From Squalus acanthias (lineage: Eukaryota): a stretch of DNA of 64,000 nucleotides. The first letter of the stretch is position 1. Every line of letters starts with the position of its first letter. The notes beneath the pieces are model-generated. The model was given only the letters and a program-made list of their open reading frames with translations, made no database searches and was not told the DNA's origin. A program made the position numbers and the translations under genes. This document shows positions 50,243-63,104 of this stretch, in pieces. Location: assembly GCA_030390025.1 (NCBI GenBank), contig CM059432.1, forward strand, positions 121,460,001 through 121,524,000, given 5' to 3'.

Positions 50243-50966
50243 GGGCCAAATTTTGCGACCCCTACGGGTGCGTACGAGGTGTGTACACACCCATAGCGCA
50301 AGTGCTGGGTTTAGGTATGCGAAGCACATGCGCTAAAACCTGGCACTTGCGATCTGTCAAGAATCTTCTTGACAGATCGCACGCATCCCCAGGAGAAGGG
50401 CCTCTGTGGGTGGAGAGTGGGCCTTTTTAACAACTTCCGCCCTCTGAAAGGCCATGGAATTCTTACGCCTGGTAAAATAACATAAAAATATATTTTTTTC
50501 AATCATTTCAACATTAAAAAGCCTGTGCAATAAGGGAAGGTTGTTTTTAGTCCCTTTAAAACATTTAAATTTATTTTTCAAAAAATTAAATTTTTGTTTA
50601 GAATATTTAATTAAATGGCATTTTAATTAATGTTATATATGTAATGGTTTTTCTTTATTTATTTCAGTGTGTTGGTGCATTTTTGCAGCCATCCCCATTC
50701 ATACTTTTGACAGTTCTGTGCGTACGGAACTGTCAAAAGTATGAAGGGGGATTCCCTTCTTCCATTGGTTCGCCTGGCCCACGTGATCCCAGGGGCGCTT
50801 GCGAACTGTATGCACCCCTGGGATACGTGGGCCTCTGCGCATTTCGAAGAGGAGAGGCCCAGGATCGCAAGCCTCCGTATCTACGGAACCAGCAGCTAAG
50901 TTCGTCGATTTTTTTCCGATCGGAGGCATCCGCCCGCAGGAAGCCTCCGATCGGAAATTCAGGGCC
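50243..50966. mobile_element. MITE-like element with two strong internal hairpins
   Basis: Degenerate TIR GGGCCAAATTTTGCG / CGGAAATTCAGGGCC; hairpins at 50691-50752 and 50913-50957. Confidence 0.6.
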
Positions 50967-51083
50967 AATCTATTTTCAGGGTGATATATGTCAAACTAGG
51001 TTACATTTATCAAACCCCCAAGAATACCTCATTGAAAAGAGACATGAAAATCTGCACTTTTGTTTACTGATGCTTAACCTCTC

Positions 51084-51240
51084 ATATAGGAACAAGGAAA
51101 CAGGAGTAGGCCATTCAGCCCCTTAGCCTTTTCTGCCATTCATTGCCTGATCTGTACCTCAACCCTATTTACTCACTTTACTCCATATCCCTTGATACCC
51201 TTACCTAACAGAAATCTATCGATCTCAGTCTTGAAATCTC
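51084..51240 (-). mobile_element. CR1 3'UTR fragment
   Basis: CAGGAGTAGGCCATTCAGCCCC..CCATATCCCTTGATACCCTT..AAATCTATC. Confidence 0.75.
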
Positions 51241-52167
51241 CAAAACAAAATCCTTCCCAAATATTTAACCTTTAGGCTGCTGGAAATGCGAAAACATCAG
51301 AACATAAGAAGTAAGAGCAGGAGTATGAATACACAATAGAAACTTGCATGTAGCAGGGCAAGGGCTAAAATCATGATCAGATCCGGCAGTATGATTAGTT
51401 ATTTGTATCTAATAAAGGGGCTAGAATAAAAAGACATAACTGGAAGAAATTGGGATCCAACAAGATTATTAAATGGCTATTCTTCTCACAGAATAATTCA
51501 GACAGTTGGAGCAAACTGCCCTTTAGTGTAGGTAGTACATTAACAATTGGCTCATTTGAAGGAAGACTGTAAGATAAGTCTTTGCAATGGACGTATCCTT
51601 AGAAAAGAATCTGAAAAGGATTGCCGCTTGTGTTATTAAAACTCATTTCATTTAATCTTATCATGAGGTACCCGGCCTCACAAGTAGAATTGGGAACTTC
51701 CATCTTTTTAAATTTAAAAAAAGTCAGCAATTGTTTCTACCTAATCTTTAAGGACCACTGGTTGGCCACTTCAAAGCCTGAGAAAACTGACTGCATCATT
51801 CATGGCGCATGCTGCGGTCAGACGCAATCCATATTTAGCAAAGCGGCCTGAAGCAGCCATTGGACATTCTATTTACATAGGCAATGGGCCTAATCCTTGT
51901 TTCAAGCAGATACCTCGGAAGACTAAGGGACACCCTAACCAATATGCGACGCACTTCCAGTGTGTTTCACTCACTTGCAATCGGCGGCAAAAATTGTTAG
52001 GTTGTGTAAGATTCTAAAATAAGCGTAATAAAACCGCTGCTACCGTGTGGAGATCGAAATTGCGAAATTATAACGTATGGACTCAAAATGTAGGAAGTCA
52101 GCATGTGTTCCTTTGTCTGTGAGGGCACAAAATGGAGGAATTCAGCAGGGGCTCCTTTGCCTGTCAG

Positions 52168-52857
52168 GAAAGTAAGCATGCAGGTGCAGCAGGCGGTGAA
52201 GAAGGCAAATGGTATGTTGGCCTTCATAGCGAAAGGGTTTGAGTATAGGAACAGGGATGTCCTGCTGCAGTTGTATAGGGCCTTGGTGAGACCACACCTT
52301 GAGTACTGTGTGCAGTTTTGGTCGCCTTATCTGAGGAAGGATGTTCTTGCCATGGAAGGAGTTCAGCGAAGATTCACAAGGCTGATACCTGGGATGGCAG
52401 GAATGACATATGAGGAGAGATTGGGTTGATGGGGCTTATACTCGCTGGAGCATAGAAGAATGAGAGGGGATCTCATCGAAACATATAAAATTCTGACAGG
52501 TCTGGACAAACTAGATGCAGGAAGAATGTTCCCGATGGTCGGAGAGTCCAGAACCAGGGGTCATAATCTAAGTATAACGGGTAAGCCATTTAGGACAGAA
52601 ATGAGGAAGAATTTCTTCACCCAGAGAGTGGTGAACCTGTGGAATTCTCTACCACAGAAGGTAGTTGAGGCCAAGTCATTAAATATATTCAAGAATGAGT
52701 TAGATATATTTCTTAAAGGTAAAGGTATCAAGGGATATGGGGAGAAGGCAGGTACAGGGTACTGAGTTTGGATGAGCAGCCATGATCTCATCGAATGGTG
52801 GAGCAGGCTCGAGGGGCCCAATGGCCTACTCCTGCTCCTATCTTCTATGTTTCTATG
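52168..52857 (+). mobile_element. CR1 3' fragment (one premature stop at 52427-52429)
   Basis: ORFs 52103-52429 and 52460-52765 are in the same frame; TTCTATGT tail. Confidence 0.95.
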
Positions 52858-53230
52858 ACTCAACTTGGTCAGCAAATGGTCCTTTGTTTGTGAGGCCACA
52901 TGGACAGGAAGGAGAAACACCGGATGAAGAGGAAGTCCCACCCCCACACACATTACAGGAACATGAATGTGTCATGCAGAAGGAACTCCAATCAGGGAAG
53001 GTTGGGAGTGAAACTGACCTATCAGAAGGAGGCAGATGGAGATATACGAGGGGGGCCGGCAGAAAGGCATTATAAAGGAATGGCCCAGAAGCGGGAAATT
53101 CAGAAGAAGAGAAGAGACAAAGAAAACTGTTTGACTGGCCAGTCCATGTTTGCAACCTACTACTTTTCCAGACTGATCACCCTGGGATAAGAGTATGTAT
53201 GAAAGTCGGACATAGAGCTTAGATATTCCT

Positions 53231-53365
53231 AGAGAATACTTTTATGTACGGTAAATTGTGAGCATATTAATTGCAAGAGAATACTTTTATGTACGGTAAA
53301 TTGTGAGCATATTAATTGCAAGAGAATACTTTTATGTACGGTAAATTGTGAGCATATTAATTGCA
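53231..53365 (+). repeat. Tandem repeat, 3 x 45 bp, perfect, inside the LTR
   Basis: Unit AGAGAATACTTTTATGTACGGTAAATTGTGAGCATATTAATTGCA. Confidence 0.97.
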
Positions 53366-56300
53366 AGGGTGCTTCTATGTACTGCTTGAATAGTGGTTGG
53401 TGTTTTGAATCTGTCTTAGGAACAATAAAAGATTAAAGACAGAACCCGTATGTCTGGTGTAATTTCTCATAAGTCTCAAGTCTGAACTCTATAACCTGTT
53501 GGACGGGGTGAGGGGTAATTCCGCACGTCCTACAGTTGTGGACCCATTTTGTGCTCGGAAAATTGGTGAAACGAGGTCTAATTGCACCCCTAGTGACTCT
53601 GAATGCTGTGAGTTTCTGTCTTCATGGGTGGCTCTCCGGCCTGCAGCTTGATCTTCAGGAATGCTTACAGATGCAAAAGAACATATGCTGGAACGGTGAC
53701 TGAAAAGAATCCCCAGAACTAGTGCTTACATAGTTAATAGTGTCATGGTGGTTTGCTTTACTGTGTGCATGTAAGTGTGTGATAAAAATAATAAGTAAAG
53801 GATGGTAGTTGCCCTGAGGTATGGCGGCTCCTCCACTTTCTCTATGTTGGCAGGCACCACCGTGATGCCTTTCCTGGCCTGTTCATACTGACCGAGGTCT
53901 AAGATGAAGGGCAGCTGCCCATGGGGAAAGTCATGGAATTAGTTGCCCGGGCAACCAATGCCTCAGTCACCTGCTTCACACATCTGTGAACTGGATGGCT
54001 AGCAGCAGAATCAGAGGCAGAGACTGCTAGATTTCACAAGAGGGCAAAAGGGAAAAACCCTCACACAGAGAAATAAAAGCACAGCCATAACCGATACCGA
54101 ATAGGAAAAGGTTTTTCTGAAAAACTTGAAACAAATTGTGGTTATTAGTCTATTTCTACCAAACGCACTTGCATTCCTTTCACATCTGCTCAGTCCTGTA
54201 GTCTCAGTAAAAGTGGTCTGTATTTGATCAGGACAGCAACGTCAGCTAGATCCTGCTGAACAATAAAATCTGAGTTCATTAGTGGGAAAATTCAATACTC
54301 AAGTTTCTGAATTTCTCCCTGCAAGGTCAGAAAGAGAAATAAGAATGATTTAATTCAAATCAGGAAACTAATTTGATTGTTAAGTGCCTCTCAAAGAAGG
54401 TAAATCTTTGGGAAAAGAATATGTGAAGTTGGAGAATAACTGGCATATAGCCTTTTAAATAAATCACTGCAGTTAACAGTCTCCATTCTTCAATTTGATT
54501 AATTTTCTATTAAAAAAAAGGTTTAATTCTTTTCATTTAAACAAAACTGACAGTCTGCCTTTCTCTCGGCCTGCAGGCACTACCTTACATATGATGATTT
54601 ATGCAGCAAGCTATTTTTTTTCAAATTTGTAAAGACTTTTGAAAAATGTCCAGCATTTTTTCAATTGTCCCCCAATGGGGGAGGAAAAAATCAGCTTCAG
54701 GATTGAGCTGATCTATGTTCACGTGCTCATTAAAGGAAATACTGAATTACTTTCAAAAAGGAAACACGTTTTTCAGGTTGTATGTCATATAAAACTGAAG
54801 ACAATACAATCATTTCTTAAATGGACCATCAAACCCGAAGCTGAAATAGAGTAAAAAAGTACCAGATGCCTTTGAGAGTTGAACAGCTTCCTACTGAATA
54901 TTGGTCAGTTCTCAGTTCTTTGCAGTTAATGCTGTGCGATATGCAGGAAACACAATTCAGATTGGGATTCAGGCCTCCCCTACTCTGAATGTCAAATTAG
55001 CGCCCACTGTTTCTTTGTGAGCCTCCCCATTATGGCGCATCTCCAGTTGAGCACGACTTACCCTTGCCTGTGCCCTTGACCCCAGCACATTTTCTAAGGT
55101 CTGGGTCATTAATATATTGAGGTGGAGCTGTGGTGCCCACCTCAGGTTGGGGGTGGGGGCAGGAAGGGGAGGGGGAAATTGCTGCAATGCCCAGCCACCG
55201 TGTAGGTTGGCCAGCAGAAGATTCAGAATGTGTAAAAAGATTGTTAATTCTTTGAAAATGTGGTGTTTGCCTAATTCAATCAATGATCAAAATCAGCCAT
55301 TTGCATTTCACCCTCTCTGCTCCGTGCAGTGGCCCACGGCAATGCTGGATGTCAGGGATGCTCAAGGGTTTTGCTTAAGCAAAACGATTTCAAATGCATT
55401 GTGCAATGTCAACCTATCATTTGCCTCCCCTTTTAAGACGTTTGTAAGCAAGTATGGATGCTTGTCCCTATTTGGCGGACATATTACACGTTCAATGCCA
55501 CTTCTGGTTGAAAATCCTGGAAGTAGCGTCAGAGGGCAGGGAGATGGCGGAGCAGCTCGCCCACTCGCCCAGTTTATGCCAATTTCACAGGGCCTAGAAA
55601 TGGTGAACGCAGCTTGAGATACATTACTAAGGTTCCCTCAAAGGCTGCGAGGGTAAATGAAACACATGGTTTTGTACTGCACCACATTAACCACCGAGTC
55701 AGTTGATTGCAGCCATGGCCTTACAGACAACTTGGAGTAAAGAGGGCCAATGATTGCTCCTTGAATATTAGTATTGAGATAGCAATGCACCCCAAATCTG
55801 AGTTGGTTGCCTTTTCCCTGCTTGGGGTAAACTCTTTGCTAGCCTATGCATTCTTTGTCCGTTTTCCTATCTGGAGGTAAACTATTTTGGCTTCTTCATA
55901 CAGCCACAGAAAAGTTTCACATCTGAGTTCCCCAAATCAAGGAAATTCAGTATTCTCTAATAAGCAGAAGCTGTTCAGAAAATCAACTTTTTTCTTCTTA
56001 AACTAATACACCCTAACACCAAATAAGCTATCTGCCATTGTGAACACTCATAAATTGATGACTTGGAGTTGAAGAGCAGGCTGGATTGAGGAGAGAGGGG
56101 CTTCTCAGGAAGTTATCAGAGGCAACATCAGCATGCATTCAATTTAGCAAATTAAAATCTCTGTGCTCCTCCAGTTTTGCCTCCACCACCTTTGTGCTGA
56201 TAATCTGCACAACAGTCTCTTCAAAGAGGATTAATGCTCTAATCTGTGAGTACCCCCACCTGTCAGCAACCTCACGCCAATTAACTGCCAGATTCTCCTT

Positions 56301-59300
56301 TTACTGAGTGAATTGTGCACTTGGGATGTAAGCTTGCCAGAGAGCCTGTGTGACATTGTGCTTTGGTTGCTGCTCGTCTAAGACATTCAAGCATAAATTT
56401 CTATTGCTAGCTATCTTTTTGTCAGCTGGAACTTCTTATCAAGTCTCTGTATGGCTAATTTGATACTTCACATTAATGTTCATCGTTAACCTTTGTGCTT
56501 TATGTTGACCACCTTGCTCGATAAATTCTCATTAACCGTCCTCTTTGAAAAGCTATCGATCCAAGAATCTGTCACCTGCATTTTCATATTATGCCCCTAT
56601 GTGCCTTGGTCATTTATTTCACATTAACGTTCATTATCTGGTATGACCAAGTAAGTCTTGTTTTGATTTTTCACGCTAATGTTCATTGCTTGTCTTTGCA
56701 CTTTTTTTTTAGCATCAGACAGTATTTTGACTTCCTGTCACATCTGGTGGTGCACAACACTGTGCTAGTGTTCTGTTATTTTCTCCCATGCCTGGCCTCC
56801 CTTCTGACTATTGGCGAAGTGCTGCTATCCCCCCCGCCCGAAGAAAGCAGTCCACTGCTCCACCTCACTGCCTTCCATGCATCCTACCTCTTGTCACACT
56901 TCTTTGCACAATCCCAAGCAGGTTTTACACACGATTAGTTAAGTGTCTTGCTTGGTACTTAACAACTGGCTCAGCAGCATTATCGCAGGTGCATACTGAT
57001 TGGCTCGTTAGTTGTGCATGAGTTGTGGTGACATCAATCTTGCAGAAATGGCACTATTCTAAATAACGCATTGCTACAAGTGTGTTACAAGCAACAAAAC
57101 CCACACATTTTCAATATGCAAAGAGAAAGTTCAGCACCGAGGTCCCGGTCCTTCTCTGGCATCGATCCCGAGCTTCTAGCACAACGACAGATATATTACG
57201 AAGCCTCTGTGCCTGCCATGTGCAGTGGATCAGATTAAACCTATGTATTCTCCACATTTAAAAAAAAATCTTAAATCTATATTCTGGCAAGCACCCTGTA
57301 AACATTACAACTGATTCTGATTGCATGCTGCAAAAATCCAAAATATAATCAACAGATCTTAATTTGATCTGTGGTAAACAATAGCGCACACAAAACACTG
57401 GCACATCGCAAAACAGTTTGACATATGCTGTTGAATGCTTTCTGCCCCAATCATGCACGGATAATGCCCCTTCCTAAACTCGGCATCAATTGAAAGTCCC
57501 CAAGCATGGAAGTCTGCAGTTCCTTTGATAAAGTCAATTGAATGAATGTTATTTTTGACAGGAATAACAGACATTTTTCAGCAGGTATCTCAGAATCCAC
57601 CGATACCAGTGACAGAGATGTATTGAAAGCAAAGCACATTTGAGCCTCTTTAGTTCTTACATTAAAATATGCTAGAAAAAACTGCACCTTTACGTACACA
57701 AGTGTCCGGTCGATTTTTGTTAAGAAAGTGAATGCGAGCTATTGAGAAAGTTCTATTATGGCAGTGACTGTGAAACTGGTCATAATCTGGAGTTTCATTT
57801 GAATCGATACTCTATACATTTTTAATGCTAAAAACCTTTGTCGCTCCCAAGATGGAATGAAAAACATTTTGAGACTATCACATAAAAAGAAGCTTCTGCC
57901 TGTAAATCTTCAGGACCACAGCTAATGGTTGCAGAAGCTATTCAAAGAAAATGAATTTCTCCACTTTCCTTAGCATTTCCTCTTAGGGCACTTCTTATTC
58001 CTTTGACTCTGCAGTTTTATCCATGAGGAAACTACATTACAATACACTGTTTATTGTTCCTGTAATCTCATTTACAAAAAGAATAGGGAAAATATAAACA
58101 CAAAGGTGTGCATTAGTATATATTAATGCAATATAATTCAAGATCTGTGTGGAAGCCACATTGAAAATCAAGCTAAGTGCCTGAATGTAGCCTGAAGTGT
58201 CAGTCTGTGTTCATGAATTAAGCCTCAAGGTCCTTTCTTCCAGCAAGAGCAGCTTTATGTTAAAGGGATGTTTTCATCACAATGGGGTATTTTCAGTCAG
58301 GCTAAATTCTGGCAGTAGTCTGATCTGTGAATCCAATTGCAATGTCTCCATGATTTGCAGGAGAGAGTTCATGGTGCAGAATATAGAATTACTCCAATGT
58401 TAACTTTTCTAATGTTATTTTCCAAATTTGTGTTTTTTTAATTAAACATTTGCTAAAAAATAATTAATTTGCAGCATCACACAAGCATAGTAAAGGGTAT
58501 TGCGACGATGCTGTTTTACCTGTACATACGGAAAGCAGGTTTGGCAACTCATTTTTATTATAGTAGACCAGAAGGCCTCGTAAATCTGTATTTACAAATA
58601 CTGGTGACAACCCTCATCGGCTTTACATATGTACTGCATGCAAAAGCTTTGAGTATGCGTGTTACTTTTATTGTAAGATGATCCTACGGAGTGAGCATTT
58701 AATTAGAGTTGGGTGAGTACTGTCATAAATGCCCAATAACATAGCATAAAATACATGAAAAGGAATGGAACCAAGATTTATATCCATCAGTTCTGGAAAA
58801 TTTCACTCGCTAGTTGAAAAGCACAACATCGCACCTGTGGGAATGAATGGGAAGGCTTTCCAGATGGATTGATGGGTTAATGCACCACCTCATGCACTAT
58901 TAAGACAAGAAAGGTTCCAAATTCAATTCCTAGTTGTGCTGAGTTGTTTGACCGCAGCAGTTAGGATGCTACAATAGGCCTCAGTGTTACTGTTAGGTTA
59001 GGTGCCTGCTCCTACTTTGCTGTCCGGTGACCCTTGCTGGTAATTCTATTTGTGATGATACTAAGCGAGGACCGGAATTGCCTAAATGCACTCCGTAATC
59101 AAATGTCAATCACTGTCGAAGCTCACAGCTGAAGAAAGGCCACTTGGACAAGATACTAAAGAGCTGCTGGCTGGCATCCGTTGAAAATGTGCCCCGGGAA
59201 GTGTCAGTGGAAGGAAAGGTGAGAAAATGGCAAAGAAAATAATGAATGGGTTAAGTTGCATTGAATTGGCTTCAAGTTTGGAGAGTCTTCCATGATGGTA

Positions 59301-61476
59301 ACTGCAGTACAGATTTGTGATGCTATGGTGCACAAGTCAAAAGAACAGCTGTCTATGCCCTCCGTACGTGAAAAGGGCCTGCAAGAAATCAAATTCTTCC
59401 TGCACCAACCCTCCCCCTCCCAATCTGTAAGTCCAAATACTCGATAGTTTTGTTTTTTACCCTCCTCCCCTGAGGAGACTGATTCATGCTGGGATACAGT
59501 ATTGCAGATGCCGATGGTTCTTTGGTACTGCTTGCAAGTAATTTTGCTTCACACGTAAACTTAAACAGTGAATGTGCAATGATTGAGGCCCTCAGCAGTA
59601 ATTGTTAATTATAAGACACCCAAGCTTAAGAGGGGAAGATCATTAAGGCAGCAGTACAGAAGCACTAACATCCAGTCAATCATCACATACAGTCGCATCA
59701 ATTCCATATAGTCTTAGTCTTGTGGCAGTTCAAAGGGTTAATGAAAGTACAAAAAGTGAATATTGATGTATACTATTAGATACATTACAGGACTGAAACT
59801 CCACAGGGAACAACCAGTCTCCCATTGAAGTTTCACCCCCTTTATGTTTAATGTGCCCGTTGAACACTAATCCTTTAACACAGTACTGCATTGCAAGAAT
59901 ATCATTTAAATTAGAAAGAAAAAATAGAAGTATTGTACTTACTAAAAGCATTCTCCAGTATGAACTGTTTGGAATAGGGCATTTTAAGCTGATGAAAGCA
60001 CTCGATCACGAACTGGGGTTCACTGTTCACTAAACCTTCTGGAGACTGCACCATGGCCACATTTTTAATGGTGAAAATGAACAGATACAAGAATAATATG
60101 CTGACAGCAGCAAAGATCTATTGAGATCAATGGTATTTTTAGACTTTTAAAAAAGAGCAGTACTTCTTCATGCTATTGGGTCAGATAAGTGAATGTAGTG
60201 GGATGAGGAGGATAAAAGCTGCTTAATCTCCACTATTGTATTTTGCCTTTTTTGTGCCTTTGTGCAAACTCCTGTGAACATGTCTCAGCCGGACCGAGTC
60301 TCAGTGCCACAGCAGCACTTTTACAGAAACTCGTCAGCTTTTCAAAGCTCAGCACAAGGTTTAAAGGGAGACTTGCTTGAATTTGGTGGCTCAACTGAGT
60401 TTAATTTGAGACCATCCAAGCCAATAAATTGAGTATCAGAAGGGAGCCACTTCCAGCGCTGCTGTAGACCTTATAATCGCCACTCTCGACCAATAGCAGT
60501 TATTTTAACTACATATATAGTCAAAATCCAAGACAAAGCACTTGTATCTATTACTATCCATTATGGATCAACCAACTTTTATGGTGTACAACCTGGGATA
60601 TGACTGCTCCAAATCTTGAACACTTGCCCAAGTGAACCCTTCAGGATCCCTCATACTCTAGCCTTGATCCATTCCATTCACTGCTCTGATGGATACATGT
60701 GGCCAATGCCCCAGGTGCTTTAGTCTTTTTCCGACTGACTCTCGAAGCTTCCAATGCCAATTTTCAACTCAACTCTTAATTCTATCATACCTGCTCTAGG
60801 CTATCCCCGATTGATGTTCCAGCATTATCGTTTGCTCGAATAATCATTTGATGAATGTTTTGGTTTTAGCTATCACCATAAATTCAAAATACAGTTTATT
60901 TTTACCAAGAACTATATGATTGATGTGATGATGTCACTGACAATAATTTCACAAGACTATCATAAAGCATTGAGATTTATCCATTTCTGTCGAAAATCAG
61001 CAAAATATTCTGGTTCATTGAGCCTAGAAATCAATTTTTAAAGGTAAAGGCAACCTAGCTGTTTGAAAGCTGACGGAAAGCAACTCCTGATTTATTTTTC
61101 ATTCATTGAAACCATTAGGTGATGTTATTTCTGGCTCCATCAATCCTCTTGCTCCTGAAATGGCTTAACCGGTAAGTGATGGGAAAATTAATGGCGATCT
61201 TCCTTCCAGCGAGTTGCACCGAAGTTTTCTGAGAATCTCATTAGCAATATGAGCAATAACTAATGTAAAACAAGTGGAAGGCAACGTAAACAATCGGGGC
61301 CTGAGGACAGCACCAAACGCCATGTTCTTTCTTTAAGTTCCTCTCTATCACTGAAAATTAAAGTTGCAAACCATCATTTATGCACATTAGGCACAACATT
61401 TTTAAGAGAATACAATCGTAGAAGGTTTCTGAATTTTGAATGCATTTTTGATGCCATGAAGATGCATTCAAAGATA

Positions 61477-62144
61477 GAAATTCAGTGCATTTGCACCTCT
61501 CGTTAGTGCCCCCAGCGGGCGCTAACGGGGCGCAAACGACTTTTCGCCCGGCGCAGTGCCGCTAATGACTCCCGCTAAATTCAGCGTGAGTTTAGCGGCG
61601 GCGGTAACCGGTGGCGCCTCGCTCCGCTGCGCAGGCGATGACGACATCATCACCGTGCGCAGCGCCCCGTTTTCGCCCCGCCTGCAAAATTGGCCCGCGC
61701 CCCCTGAATCTGCGCCGGGTGATGACGGCGACCGATTCGGGGACGGGAACAGAGGCAGGAGGCGGTCGGGGGGAAAAAAATTGGTCCGTTGCGTCTTTGA
61801 ACACGGGGTCCGTGCTGTGATCTGGCAGCCCGGCATTCCTCTTGTGTGCTGGGCTGCTGGCACGGCTCCCCGCTCCCCGGTGGTCCAGGTAGGGCCCCGC
61901 AGAGTTGTGGGCTTGGGCCCTCTCCTTTGATGAGGGGAAGAGCCCTTCAATGCGGCAGCGCTACGTGGCTATTCGGGGTTAGCGCTCTAAGAAGGAGGTG
62001 GAGCGCTTGAATTAATGCTCCACCTCCCTCTTGGGGTGCTAAAACTGAAGTTACCGATCACCAGTGCTATTTCTCGCCGGTCGCTAAATTTAGCGGCCAG
62101 GCGATGTTAGCGACCCAAAGTGGTCGCTAACGAATTTTTCCCCC
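61477..62144. mobile_element. Harbinger MITE-B relative with a damaged left TIR
   Basis: Right end AATTTTTCCCCC followed by ATA; left end ATA followed by GAAATTCAG (terminal Gs missing); 61550-61665 is reverse-complement-similar to 25670-25790. Confidence 0.8.
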
Positions 62145-63104
62145 ATAGAATATCCATTGGTCTCAGTGAGGAGACATTTTTTCAAAAATCGCCATAAAGC
62201 ACCAGAGATATTACTTTGGGTCCTGTTGTGCCAAAAATTTTAGGCGCAAATTTACAACCTGTTCGGAACTGGCATAAATTTAGGACAACCGTGTGAGCTG
62301 CACTTTGGCATGTAGGGGTGGAGATATGTTAATGAGCAGCAGAGGCTTATGAGGGAGGATTTGCAGAATCGGTGTAAAAGATCGGAGCAATTTGGGCATT
62401 GCGTAAAAGCAGGCATAAGTAATTTACCCTCAAATTTCCTTGATGTGTTATGCTGAGAGTGGTCAGCGCACATTTTCATGAAATTCTGGGCCTATCTCTC
62501 ATTCTTTGCTTCTATCTCTTTCTCCTTCATTTCTGGCTGTCTCTCTTCCTTCTCTTTTCTCTTCCTTTCTGTATCTCTCTCCATCACTTGTCTGTCTCTT
62601 CACTTTTCTCTCTTCCCCACCCCAACTTCCTGTCTCTTACTTTTCCTTTTCACTTTGCATTTCCCCATTTCTTTAATGATTTACCTCTCTCACATGTTGT
62701 GCGGGGAGACGAATCAGAAGCAGGTCTTTTGCAGGGACTCAGGCCGATGGATTAGAGTCAGGAGCATTTGTGCTGGGAGCATTTCAGATACTGAACATTT
62801 TTTTTAAATGTGGAGCCAATGGTGGGCCAGAGCTGGTGGAGGAAAGCGGGTTGGATTAAACCCACACGTTAGACATTCCAGTGGTAGTTAATAATGCGGT
62901 CTATTCCAAGCTCGATGGGGTGAATGGGTTTCTTTTCATTTCACATTTTCTTATGTATTTGTAAGTAATGCAATGCCAAAACCAAATTAAAGGCTGGTAT
63001 ACAAGAAAGTCTGATGAACTAAGAATACTGATAATGGAAACAGTCAGTTTAAGCTATGGATTAAGTGTTTGTACAATGGAAATGATTCCTAATTCTTCTT
63101 ATCA

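Larger units (their letters stand above)
52005..53534 (+). mobile_element. Solo LTR (about 840 bp net) interrupted by a CR1
   Basis: TGTAAGA...TCCTACA termini; 4-bp TSD GTTG (52001-52004 and 53535-53538); TATAAA at 53071; AATAAA at 53424. Confidence 0.85.
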
